Below are positions 37,001 through 48,858 of a DNA stretch of 64,000 nucleotides, piece after piece. Within the stretch, counting starts at the first letter, position 1. Each line of letters begins with the position of its first letter. The stretch is from Antedon mediterranea. Its lineage: Eukaryota > Animalia > Echinodermata. Location: the NCBI RefSeq assembly GCF_964355755.1, contig NC_092670.1:31732388-31796387 (forward strand), in the 5' to 3' direction. The notes under the pieces were generated by a model that worked only from the letters and a program-made list of their open reading frames with translations, was not told the origin of the DNA and did not search any database. The position numbers were made by a program, and so were the translations under genes.

Positions 37001-39128
37001 AAACCAAATATGAGGTGTCCGTCTAATGAGACCATAGACACTGATTTAGGCAAGGCGTCTGTGAATGTAAATTATTCAGTGACGGTAGAGGAGTTCTTTG
37101 TTGACTTTGTTACAATTATACCGAACCCTGTCAACATATTTCCTGGTGATCTAAATATTGGGAAACATCATTTTTACTTTGAAGTTTACGATCATTACAA
37201 TATTGATTATATAACGTCTTGTACGTTTACAATAATTGTTAAAGGTTAGTGTATATGATATTAAAATGAATGTTATGCTTATTAGAATGTGACCTGCGCA
37301 TGCGTACATTGGAAACCCCAATTGAATATTACGAACAGTCCCTGTGCTAAGAGCAATATAAAGAGTTACGGCATTCCGTTTTGGAATTCTAGAAAGTCAC
37401 GTGGTATACTACCGGCCATCTTTGTGCCCAACTATTCCAATGTAGAGTGTGGAGTTAATCATTTGTTATAACAATGCGTATATAGTTCACAAGGCCTAAC
37501 TATCAAATTTAATGTCAAAACAATCAATTTATTTAAAGGTTTTTGTAGGTAATAACGAAATTATTTAAGTTATTGAACATGACTTTAAGCATCATGATAA
37601 AAAGGCAATGCATTAATCAATAGGACACTGATTAAAATGCGCAAGTATGGCGAGCGCGCAATATTTTGTTATTTAATAATAATATATTTATCATTTGTGA
37701 GGATGTACGTATATTTAAATCGAGCAATTTGTCTGTTTCTTAGATACCGAAAAGCCCGTTTTGACCTGCCCGGCTGACAATTTGACTGTAGTGACTGATT
37801 TTGGTATACCAACGGCCACCGTTGACTATTCAGCGGACATCAATGCAACTGACAACTCAGACGAACCATTGGAAATCTCCCCGAATCCAGTAGATGTATT
37901 TCCCGTTTTTCTTGCGATTGGAAGTCACCTGTTTGTGTTCAATGTTACAGATGCTTATAACAATAGAGGAAGCTGCAATTTTACCGTAACGGTTGAAGGT
38001 TTGTGAAATACAATACATCATTGTGACAGCCACTTCCGTTTAAAAATACAGATTGATACTGACTAATGCGCACTTTGAAATGTCCATAATGTTTTGCTAA
38101 TTGTTTGACAGATACGGAATCCCCTACAGTGGAATGTCCTGCAAATGTAACTATAGAAACGACCACAGTCTCCATATCAGTTGACTACTCCACCGATATA
38201 ACTGCAGCAGCAAATGACAACTCGAACGACTTTGTTGTATCACCAGTTCCTAATTCAATATTCCCATCTAATATTGGAGTAGGAGTACATGTGTATACGT
38301 TTACAGTTAAAGACTCATCCAACAATTCAAACAGTTGTACGTTTACAATAAACGTTGAACGTAAGTTGATTTCTATTCTTAGATATCTACAAAACAATTA
38401 AAAACACATACTACTTACGTAACAAGTGGTACTTTGTGGTTATTATCTTAAATACAGGGCGCCTGATAAAGAGGTCAGGAATGACTTATTAATTGCATAT
38501 TATTATCTCATTGAATTAATAAACTAGTGGTGGCTTCACCTTTGTTGGTAAATTTGTTTAACATAAAATTTATAAAATACTACAGTCTTACTGTAGCTGC
38601 GATTTCAAATAGTTTGGCAACATTGCTCCTTTTCTACTTAAAGTAGCTTTTTTCAGTAAATGTATAGACAACGTTAATATTAACGACTTATCCTATTTCA
38701 CATTATGAATATCACACTAGATATCAGAAGCCAGTTTGTGCATCAATTAGTTATTATTACATATTTTGTGTCATGAACAAAAATTAATAGGATTTATTAA
38801 TTACCTCCATTGTATAATATAAACGCACTGTTATCTCACTACAGCAAGTCATCTTCACACGCCGGTATTGATTTGTCCATCTGACAATACCATACATACT
38901 GACGCCGGATATCCAACTGCATCTGTTGACTACTCCGACTCAGTATTTGTAAATGGAAGCGTACTGACAATAGACGGAATGGACATCTTACCGATTCCTT
39001 CTGAAGAATTTCCTGTGAAACTCGGCATTGGAAAACATGACTTCAAGTTCAACTATACTGATGAATTTGAAAAAAATGGAAATTGTTCCTTTGAAATCAA
39101 TGTCGAAGGTCAGAATGGTCACTTTTAA
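34051..39128 (+). CDS. Secreted C-type lectin domain + 4 HYR domain protein, copy A (apparently intact)
   Basis: Phase-1 GT-AG exons: 34051-34120 signal peptide MGPPRGLALLSILVVTHYIICDA; 34526-34792 (CPTGW..KCY..SWDSARDIC..WIGYHD..FQWVSG); 36753-36890 (NWDPVEPND..EDC..WYDNTC..ICEK); HYR exons 36993-37244, 37744-37998, 38112-38360 and 38845-39108 (DxExP..CP..CxFxIxV). The 3' end is uncertain: read-through stop at 39128 or a small exon at 41596-41636. Confidence 0.88.
35504..35697. mobile_element. Harbinger/Tourist-like MITE in lectin A intron 2
   Basis: TIRs of ~38 bp, AGCCTGTTTTCCTGTCGACGTT../..AACGTCGACAGGAAAACAGGCT, with TTA/TAA flanks. The orthologous site in copy B (~50313) is empty. Confidence 0.8.
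36078..36356. mobile_element. TTAA-flanked MITE (Kolobok-like), same TIR family as 13303-14093
   Basis: TTAA-AGATGTATTGTCCCCC ... GGGGGACAATACATCT-TTAA. Related partial copies lie at ~31711-31998 and ~57600-57900. Confidence 0.75.
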
Positions 39129-39267
39129 TTATGCATTCTGTTTGTTTCCTTATAGTCTGGGCTCCAGACGGAGTTTTGTCTTAATATTAGTAAAAATATA
39201 AATATTTTTGCACATATGGCGTTTCATACGTGTATTACTTGAGTTTGGATACTCCGTCTGGGGAAAC

Positions 39268-40112
39268 GGTGACTACTTCTTCGCATGCAGCTAAAGTAAA
39301 ATGACGTCACGTTAAAGCGTGTCGTCACAGAGTCTCATGCATATGCAAAAGAAATGTTTTCTCTCTGCTTCTTGATTGCGCGATGATGATTTTACAAAAT
39401 GTTTTCAATAATTCCGATATTGTTCCTGATAACAAAGAAGCAGATTAAATATAGTTTTTTATTTGACCCATTTGGCTTAGATGCCTAGCTAGGCCTATAG
39501 GCTAAAAGACTTTCTATGATACTAGGCCTAGTAGTACTAGGCCTACCTCCTCACTAGCGGCTTAACTAACGTAAAATACAGTTTAGAGTAGTACTATACC
39601 CACTACTATCACTTATCAGGCCTCCATATCCTCATTCATCGTTCCGCGAGGCATCGTGCAGATGTACACTAACCTAGCATACTAGCTACACTTCCCACCC
39701 ACCCTAGCTCTATAGCTAGGTATGCACGTGCGCTGCCACCTAGGCCTAGCCTATTTCGGGTCTCATGTCTTGCAGCATTTGAAAATACATACTAATAATA
39801 CTGCACATTATTAGTATTATTTTGTATTCGCACTGGAAGTATCTAGGCGTTAAAATTCAATATATTATTTATTATCCTCAGCAGTGAAAACAATTATATT
39901 TTGTTGTATATGCCATACTGATTTTAATTGTCAAAAACATGATCGTCAGTCGATGATGGGCTCGGGAGTTTCGATAAATCTCGCGTCGCGTGTGTGGGTG
40001 TGGTGGAAAACACTCTCAGCAAGTTTGCTTCATTAATATGCATGAGACTCTGTGACGACACACTTTAACGTGACGTCATTTTACTTTAGCTGCATGCGAA
40101 GAAGTAGTCACC
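39268..40112. mobile_element. Mutator-like (MULE) MITE nested in the 39154-41135 element
   Basis: TIRs of ~77 bp starting GGTGACTACTTCTTCGCATGCAGC (1 mismatch). 9-bp TSD TGGGGAAAC at 39259-39267 and 40113-40121. Confidence 0.85.
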
Positions 40113-40896
40113 TGGGGAAACACGCACAAGTCACGTGGTTTGACACCAAGAATTCTTGGTGCATACGATTATCCGGTTGACTAGTTTCAGCTGCATGTGA
40201 TTGGCTACTCACTCGTACACTGTTTTAATATTCATATTTTAGAATTTCAAAGACTCAACATCTAAGACGATGCGCATGCGCTATATTACGTTTAGACAAT
40301 GTGCACTTGGGTACATTGATGACAGTTTCTGAAAGCTAGAAATGATTTTATATGCCTAGTAGTCTGGTAAACATTTGATGGGATTTTTCCCAAGAACATG
40401 AAAACTCGTCTAGATATGATAGGCTAGCTTCTCCGCAAATAAAACATTGAATGGATCATTTATTATTCGGAGATAATTTAATTTATTTCCCACCCAGCCA
40501 TACCCTGTCCTGTTCTGTGTGGTGGTGTAGCCCTGTTGTGTGCCGGTGTAGCCCTGTTGTGTGCCGGTCGGTGGTGGTATGCACTTTATTGGCGTTCTAT
40601 TTGGCAGGTCATACGTACGAGTTGAGTATCCCTACGAAGGAGGCCTAGGCCAGGACTAAACAATTAATAAACAAAACAACTTGGCAACACGATTTTATAT
40701 TTCAACAGTTGTTCAGTCTCGATCGTACATTCAGCACTGTACGTACAGTGCTGAAACAAAATGATCATTGGTTGATTCGAAATCCATATTTACATACCGC
40801 CCGCCCCATATAGCCAAATACGGTATGATAACCTACGTCATTCTTATCGGATGTTTGCGGTCTGCAAATCGATTTCTATACGTGTTTCACAAGTCT

Positions 40897-41124
40897 GTAT
40901 TTTCAGAGAAAAATCGCGGTCGAAAAAAAAACAAATAAATATTTTAAAAAAGACAATAAATACAGACTTGGGTGTATTTTCAGAGAAAAATCGCGGTCGA
41001 AAAAAAACCAAATAAATATTTTAAAAAAGACAATAAATACAGACTTGGGTGTATTTTCAGAGAAAAATCGCGGTCGAAAAAAAAACAAATAAATATTTTT
41101 AAAAAGACAATAAATACAGACTTG
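40897..41124. repeat. 77-bp tandem repeat x3 at the subterminus of the 39154-41135 element
   Basis: GTATTTTCAGAGAAAAATCGCGGTCG..AAATACAGACTTGGG, with CAGAG at 40904, 40981 and 41058. Confidence 0.9.
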
Positions 41125-42149
41125 GGGCAAGTCTAGTTTCCTTATTATTCATTTAATTCGTATGCAAAAATGAGTGAATTTATTTATCGTAGCATTATTA
41201 AAGTCAATTTTCAAATTATATTGATTGGAAATTATGTCTCTATAATTGCAAATACGCTCTGAATATAATGTACTTTGTAATACGAATATTGCTAAAACAA
41301 AATTATGGTCATAATAGGCTATAAGTCTTAACAAGAACTCGTGTTTCTTTAATATAAATTGTACATTCCTACACGTGTAACATTTTTGGGTATTTCTTTT
41401 TGATTAATATTTCTTAAAGTAATTAACGATAACAATATCAAATTGAACCATAAACAATGATGATACGACAATGCTATGAACTTATGTGTTGTACCATACG
41501 TAGTTAATCAATGTAAATATTGAATTTAAGGAATTAGCACAAATATAATTGCATTCACAGAGTACCTTGTATTCCGTAAAAAATATGTTCTTTAGACTTC
41601 GTAAACAATTGTAACCAACACTCGATCCTGAAATAGATACAATATATTTCATATAATGCGGTACAATTTATAATAGGCCTAATTAATATATAAAGTTTAA
41701 TAATACAATATAATAAAAAAGGTAATACTCTCCAAGGCTAAAATAAAAAGTCATTGAAAACGCATAAGCCTACCAAACGAATAATACCGTACTTATAATG
41801 TACTGTATTATAATACGCGTATGTTGGATGTGTATTCTTGTTTGAAATTAATATTTGTTAACATTATGAGAGTAAGAATATAAAGTGCATGTATTGTACT
41901 GGGATTATAGAATGTCTTCTAGTAATGAATATATACATGTACAATCAGACAATACTTAACCAATCATCATTATTTTTGAAAATAGACAATTGGAACATAA
42001 TTAAATATTGGTGCAAGTTGATTATGATGTATTTATTTCCAAATAATATTGTGACCTTTCTTGTTACTACGTCAACTATAAAATCCATCTATTACGACAT
42101 TTAATATGTTTTTCTTGTATACATATTTTGTGTGCAAGATAATGTCCAC

Positions 42150-42650
42150 GAGGCTTTTGTTTGTTCATTCATTTTTAAATTGTCTCATGTAATTCGAGGA
42201 CCCGCATTAAACCTTTTCAAAGGCCATCTCACTAACCGCTCCCAATGCACTAGATATAACTCTATTTCCAATGTTTGTCCTATCACCTGTGGCGACCCCC
42301 AAGGCTCCTTACTTGGCCTACTTCTGTCCACCATTTACACAATGATGTCCACCGAACCCCAAACTTGCTTAATATTTTATTTATGCAGATGATACTACAG
42401 TTGTTAAAAAATATTAAAACACTTTTTGACACCTTTAATACCAATGTTATCACCTTGTCCCAGTACTTTGCTGCTAACAAACATAACAAATGTATAGCTA
42501 CTTTTTGGAACCCCACAATTCACCACTTATCTTTATTGGCAATCATGAAATGCCACCAGTAAAGACTATTAGATTTCTTGGCGTTACCATTGGCAACATC
42601 CTCTCATGAAAAACCCATATCCAAGAAACTGACAACAAAGTGTCCAAGAA
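42150..42650 (+). mobile_element. Old LINE RT fragment (duplicated at ~52280-52790)
   Basis: IRGPALNLFKGHLTNRSQ..ITCGDPQGSLLG..ADDT..RFLGV remnants, frameshifted. Confidence 0.7.
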
Positions 42651-43855
42651 CCTTATCGAAAGACAAACCATGGTTCAGAAATGGAATAATGAAAGAACAT
42701 ACTTATTTTCTATTCAAAAATCACAAGATAGATAGATCTAAAGCATAATATCTAAAGGCAAACCGAGAAATAATCTTCATCACTGACAACAAATATAGAT
42801 AAAGTTTATTCATGCCTGTCATTTTATTTTATTAACGGTAGCCAAGACATATATACAAAAGGAATCCCAGTGTCGAATATCAACTGTTACAAGCAGATTC
42901 ACTAAGATGGAAGTTTCGATCCACTATGATCCATCAAAGAACCTGCAAGATCGTCAACGCAAGAGGTGAGTTTTCAGATCTATGCTTTTTGTATTATTAT
43001 GTTTTTGGAACGTTTTACCTGACAATTTCTAGAAAAGTCATTTTAACATAGATAATTTGAATAATTACTGATAACAACTGTATAATATAATTGTAAGATT
43101 CAATGTAATAGAAGTACACTGTTTCCAGACGATTAGCTGATTTTGCCATCTAATCATCAAATGTCTGATTTCATTCCTGAAATGACAGTTACAAAGGTTA
43201 AAAAAAGTGGATTCGACGCTGATTTATCTAGCAAGCAAAAAATATTAGATTTTGAATAAATAAATAAATAAAAATAGAATAAATAAATAAATTTATTTTC
43301 TTTTTTCTTTTTTTTTCTCTTTCAATGTAAGCAAAAATACAAATTTAAATATAAATAATAAAGAGGCAAAACTCAAGAAGTAACAAAATGTGAAGGTCTC
43401 CCTAAAAAAAAATAAATGTGACGGCAAACAAGCTAAGAAATACAAATAAATTGTAATCATATTGATATTTGATTTAACACACAGAAACAAAAGAAAACAG
43501 TAAAGCACAACAAGGCCATATACATGACTGCAGACGCCTGCTCAAGTTAGTGTTTACCGACCAACCGACCGACCAACCGACCAACCGACCGACATAGTGA
43601 GCTGTAGAGTCGCGTTGCACGCGACTACAAAAGACAAGATGATTATTACCATGGAAGCACAGAAAACCAAAACAAATGTGTTTATTCTGTTGTACTATTT
43701 TTGCGATGTTTTCAGTGAAGTATAGAGTATTGTATATCCAAACAAAAGATAATTAGGATGTGGTCTGAGAATAGAATCGAAAGAAAGTTTGCATTCTGTA
43801 AGTTTGTGCTTAATCCCTCATCTGAATAACGAGACAAATCACTTTGGATGAGACA

Positions 43856-44247
43856 AGATCTTTCTTTCTCTTTCTTCCATATTTTTATTTTGTTGTTCCT
43901 TTCATTCTTTTCTTTCATTATTTGTTTTTCTTTCATTATTTTTTTTCATCATTTTGTTTTCTTTCATTATTTTTTTTTCATCATTTTGCTTTCTTTCATT
44001 ATTTTTTTTTCTTTCATTATTTTCTTTCTTTCTGTTTTCTTTCTTTTTTATACTCTTTATTCTTTCCCTTTTTCTTTCTTTCATTACTTTCTCTTCTTTA
44101 ATTATTTTTTTCTTTCATTATTTTCTTTCTTTCTGTTTTTTTTCTTTATTCTTTCCCTTTTTCTTTCTTTCATTATTTCAATTTATTTGTTTTCTTTCAT
44201 TTATTTCTTTCTTTCTCTTCTTTTTCCATTCTTTCATTTCCTTTAAT
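43856..44247. repeat. T/C-rich low-complexity tract (TTTCTTTCATTATTTT)n; paralog at ~53975-54285
   Basis: Direct reading. It produces spurious F-rich and K-rich ORFs. Confidence 0.9.
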
Positions 44248-44566
44248 TTATATCTTAGTAATCAACGCACGTGGTTCAATTATATATGACATATACATGA
44301 CAGCGATGCTTTTAGATTTAGATAGATATTTCTCATTATGATATCATGATTATGGATACTATTTATCAATGTAAATAATATGTATATAATCTAAAACGTT
44401 TTCTCCTCATTATAAAGACAAGTGTGGTTTTATGTCGGAATGCTTTTATTAATATTACGTTCAAATCACTTTTGATCAGAACTAGTGGTTTTCACTATTA
44501 AACAGAATCGCTAACCTACCTTAGATCATTTTTTTGCAATGTTATCAAATGGATTTATATTTCCAG

Positions 44567-45040
44567 CACTGTTTCAACTGAATTTTATCACTGTTTAACT
44601 GAATTTTATCACTGTTTTAACTGAATTTTATCACTGTTTTAACTGAATTTTATCACTGTTTTAAATGAATTTTATCACTTTTTCAACTTAATTTTATCAC
44701 TGTTTTAACTGAATTCTATCACTGTTTTAAGTGAATTTTATCACTGTTTTAACTGAATTTTATCACTGTTTTAACTGAATTTTATCACTGTTTTAACTGA
44801 ATTTTATAAGGGAAAAGTGAATTTCACTATTCCCTGATTTTATCAATATTACAACTGAAATCTATTACTGTTTTAACTGAATTAACTATATTGTATAACT
44901 GGTTTAACTGAATTTTTATCAATGTTTAACTGAATTTTATCATTGTTTTAACTGAATTTTATAATAGAAAAGTAAATTTCACTATTTCCTGATTTTATCA
45001 ATATTATAACTGAAATTTATTACTGTTTTAACTGGATATC
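44567..45040. repeat. 22-bp minisatellite, copy 2
   Basis: (ACTGTTTTAACTGAATTTTATC)n. Confidence 0.9.
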
Positions 45041-46189
45041 ATGTGAAAAAAGTTTTTAGTAAAATAATATTCGTTGCTATTTTTCTGTGTTTCAAAAAAA
45101 AAATCGCCTAGTGTTAAACAGGTATAATGATATATAAGATGTTTAAATTGTGTTAGGACTTTGAAATATTCATGACGTATGCCTACGTTTGAGATAGAAC
45201 GTGTCTTTATACACCTACCGATGTCATGTCACGTCACAACGTTACTACAACCGAAAAGATTCATATATCATTTTCAGTCGAATGTGGGCGTGTGTGAACA
45301 TTCTATATAAGCTCGCGTACACTATCACACATCGGCCTAATGCGTCGTCGAAATTGGTACAGCACATTGGAGTCAACGTCTACTATCATGTTGTAATTTT
45401 TAGCATTGAATTACAGGTCCATGATTAAACAACCACAATCAAGCAGCGAAAGATTAGTTATCCCATAAGACGACAAGCGGGCATTTTAGACATGACCCGT
45501 AATGGTTGGAAAATAACACACAATATAAACACCAAGATATCCGTATTTTATAAAAGTTCATACATTTATTAATTTATTTTGTATAATAAAATATATCGCA
45601 TTCAATTATTTGTGTACAGTTAATGGTAATTTTTTATTTTTAAAAACAATTGTATTTACATGATTAGTCAATACATCATCCCATCATCTGAAAAGATATA
45701 AAATACAAAATAATGTGTTTACATGATTCTATAGGAACTAAATTAATATGTCAGGCTATGACTTAAAATTAGTAGTTTGGCTGGTGTTAGGTGTATGTTT
45801 TACATCAAATAATATAGTAGGCGTTTTGGGGTTTAAAAAAAATGAAGTACCGTACAGTGGAGTCATAATACTGTTCTATCAATAGTAATAGTACTTAAGG
45901 TTTAGTTTTGTTATTGCAGACTTACGTCATGTTCCTTTCAAATGTGTTTGTAATGGCTCCCGATTGCTTATAGTTTTGTCTTCGCGGCAACAATATATCT
46001 CCGATGTTGGAAGTGATGATCTTCTTTGGTCGGTAAATTGCATCCAAATTTTTTACGTTAGTCAGTAAATTTAATTCTGCTGTAAGTTGCTGAATGAAGC
46101 TATGAAGAATAAAAAACAATAAATGTATTACTTGTATTTAAATCTTGACAAACATTCACTAATGCTCTACAGTCAACAATCTTAACATA

Positions 46190-46640
46190 GTCAATTCAAT
46201 TCAATTCAAAGCAGGCACTAGCCCAGGGCGTACCTATAACTGACACAGACAATAACAACAACAAAATAAATTAATAATAAATAAATAAAAAATTGACCGA
46301 AGAATATTTAAAATTTGGAAATAAGGTGAATTTTAAATTTAGATAAAAATGATTTACTAGAAACAGAGTTTAAGATGGAGAGTGACAGATCGTTCCAAAA
46401 AGTGGATCCGGAATACCTAATGTTGTGTTGAAAGTGGTTGGTTTTATGGGTTGGAATATGTAGTTTTGAACTAATACGGGTATGATGATAATAAATTAAA
46501 GAATTAGGAGCAAAGATGTTTGGGAAGGTTAGAATTAATAGAAGAAAAGATGAAAGAGCCTTGTTGTGTTAGATTGATATCAGAGACTTGGAGAAGATGA
46601 AGATTGGAAAAACGATGAGATGAATGAGACAGGGGCGGGG
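46190..46640 (-). mobile_element. 3' fragment of a Crack/L2-group LINE (duplicated at ~56337-56780)
   Basis: The minus strand reads LLQVSDIN..HHTRISSKLHIPTHKTNHFQHNIRYSGSTFWNDL..FLSKLK, followed by a (TTGAA)n tail. It is truncated at the duplication junction. Confidence 0.7.
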
Positions 46641-48858
46641 CGCCAGATATAACCCTGATGGCCTTTTTTTGAAGAGTTTGAAATTCAATGGGTTTGTGTC
46701 TGATTTACTGTTTTTTATTTTTTTATAAGCTAAATCATTATTTGTTTAATATCCTGAAAAAACTACAAAATGACATTTCAATGTTTGATTTTAGTATTCT
46801 TTATTTTTTGCATAAAAAAGAAAGGGACTGTAAATTATAAACGTAACGTAATATCCTTTAGTATCCGATTAGATCATAGTTCAAGAATTTTGATTTTCAC
46901 TCAGATGAAGAACACGGTGACTGAGTTGTTCAACCCAACCCAATATATTTATAGAAAAGACAACTTCAAAGAAGAGACACAGACCAAGGTTATCAAGTTG
47001 TTTGATAGCCTTGCACACTAGACTAATGAAAGTGGTCTATTCTGTTGGGGAAGATTACCAAAAATCAGAAGACAACTCAACATCTTGTGATTAAGTTCTT
47101 GACATGGCCACAAGTTTGAGCATTGAAGTAGTGACGGGAAAAACATTTTACAAGCAACAAAATGCTTACCTATATCCAGTGAACACACACAAATCGATGT
47201 TAACATTAAATATTCTCATTCCTAAGATGGTATTTTAACGCATTTCTAATTATACCAATCAGTTCCACAGTTTTGGACAATTTTGGAGTAGGTAACACAA
47301 AATATCTGTAAGTGCAGTTTTCCATGCTCATAATTTTTGGTATCAATGTATAAAGCAATGTCTCTTTATTTTTATGTAATTAAATAAATAATGACGTCAC
47401 ATAAGGATATAAGGTTATGTTTTTTTAAAGATGTAAAATGAAGATTAATTACAGCAGACTTTGATTATTTGTAGTTTCAATCAAGTTAATCAATTGCATA
47501 GAAACAAAACCAAGAAAAACCATGTTTTTTACTAAAATGACAAAATAAATGGTTAAATTCAACCAAAAATCCATTGGCTGGCAGCCAATTTGACTTGTTT
47601 GCTTTAAATTACAGTTTTTCAGGTAAATAACTGACCATGTTACTTGCAATTCATGCGAGTTCAGTGTAACTGCACTATTGTATCAACAGTTCGAGGCACC
47701 ACACAACACACAACTCTGTAAAAGTGCGAGGCACCACACCACACAACACACAACTATGTAAACGTGACAATCAAATACACATTTAATTAGTATGTCCATA
47801 AGACATTAGATATGGTTGAAAAGCACCAGTATTACTAAAATAAAATCATTACATTCTACTAAAATTTGATGTTGCTCAATCGTGTGTTTTTAAATCACAA
47901 AATTCTGTGATCGATGAATCAATAAGCTGGTAGAGGTGTGATCAAACCTGTTTTATAAATCATTGTTGCTATCAAACTGTCTGTTTAATGCATTACTAAA
48001 CCCAGACATTAAAAGCAGAAAATGCATATTTCCCATTTTAAATCAGTTAAGGATAATAAGCCCGGACTTGAACGGAATAAAACATACTAAAGCCCGGCGT
48101 ATACTAGAGCTATCGTCTGAGCCAACTGGCAAGAGTAACACTTGGCTCACTAAAAAATTGGCCGCAAACTGTGATCGCGTTCTATCGAACGCACACTTGA
48201 CATCTAAAACGATGTTTTAGATTCTATGTCTGCATTCTTTAAATATCGTTGCTTTCCAATAATTGCGTTAAAATTTCTTTAGATTCGTTCCTGTGGTTTT
48301 CTCTAAAATAGATTCACTACCTAACCTTACTACACATCATGCGTATCAGCTATTCATTATAATTTAATTTGATGTACAGTGCAAACGATTTTAATACAAG
48401 CAATACAAGTACAATTAATATTATTACTATCATAGGATATTACTGCCTTGTAGATTATTATTTAGTTTTAATAATGCTTCTCCTGACTTGTAAACGAGAA
48501 ACTATGGTAACATGCGGAGAATCATCGTACAAGTATTTGGTTATTTTACTAAGTACGAGACTATTTTAGATGCCATTCAATAGAATTTGTTGACAGAGAT
48601 AAAACGTGCTGTCGTTTGATCACGATCATTTTTTATATTCATTCAGGTAGGTATATGTTACATTTTAATTAGGTAAACAGTATTACTTTTGTTTATGATG
48701 TTAATGTATTTATATAGCGCATTTCCCAAAGAATGTCGTCTCAATGCGTTTTGGACTTACAGTAGATGTTACACTCTTCAACATTATTCTCTCCTAAGAG
48801 TCCCGTCATTTAAACCAGCCGTACTTTTTAATATATAGTTTGCTGAATGTGTGTAAAA

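Larger units (their letters stand above)
39154..41135. mobile_element. Unclassified ~2-kb DNA element with hairpin termini and 10-bp TSD
   Basis: TSD GTTTCCTTAT at 39144-39153 and 41136-41145. Ends are AGTCTGG-GCT-CCAGAC and AGACTTG-GGG-CAAGTCTA. Absent at the matching site of unit B (~51235). Confidence 0.7.

Noticed and set aside
43712-44289. F-rich and K/E-rich ORFs (also 53828-54424)
   Set aside because: These are translations of a T/C-rich low-complexity tract.
44567-45040. CRISPR-like array (22-bp repeats; also the 77-bp and 53-bp repeats)
   Set aside because: The units are contiguous with no unique spacers, there are no cas genes, and the context is eukaryotic.
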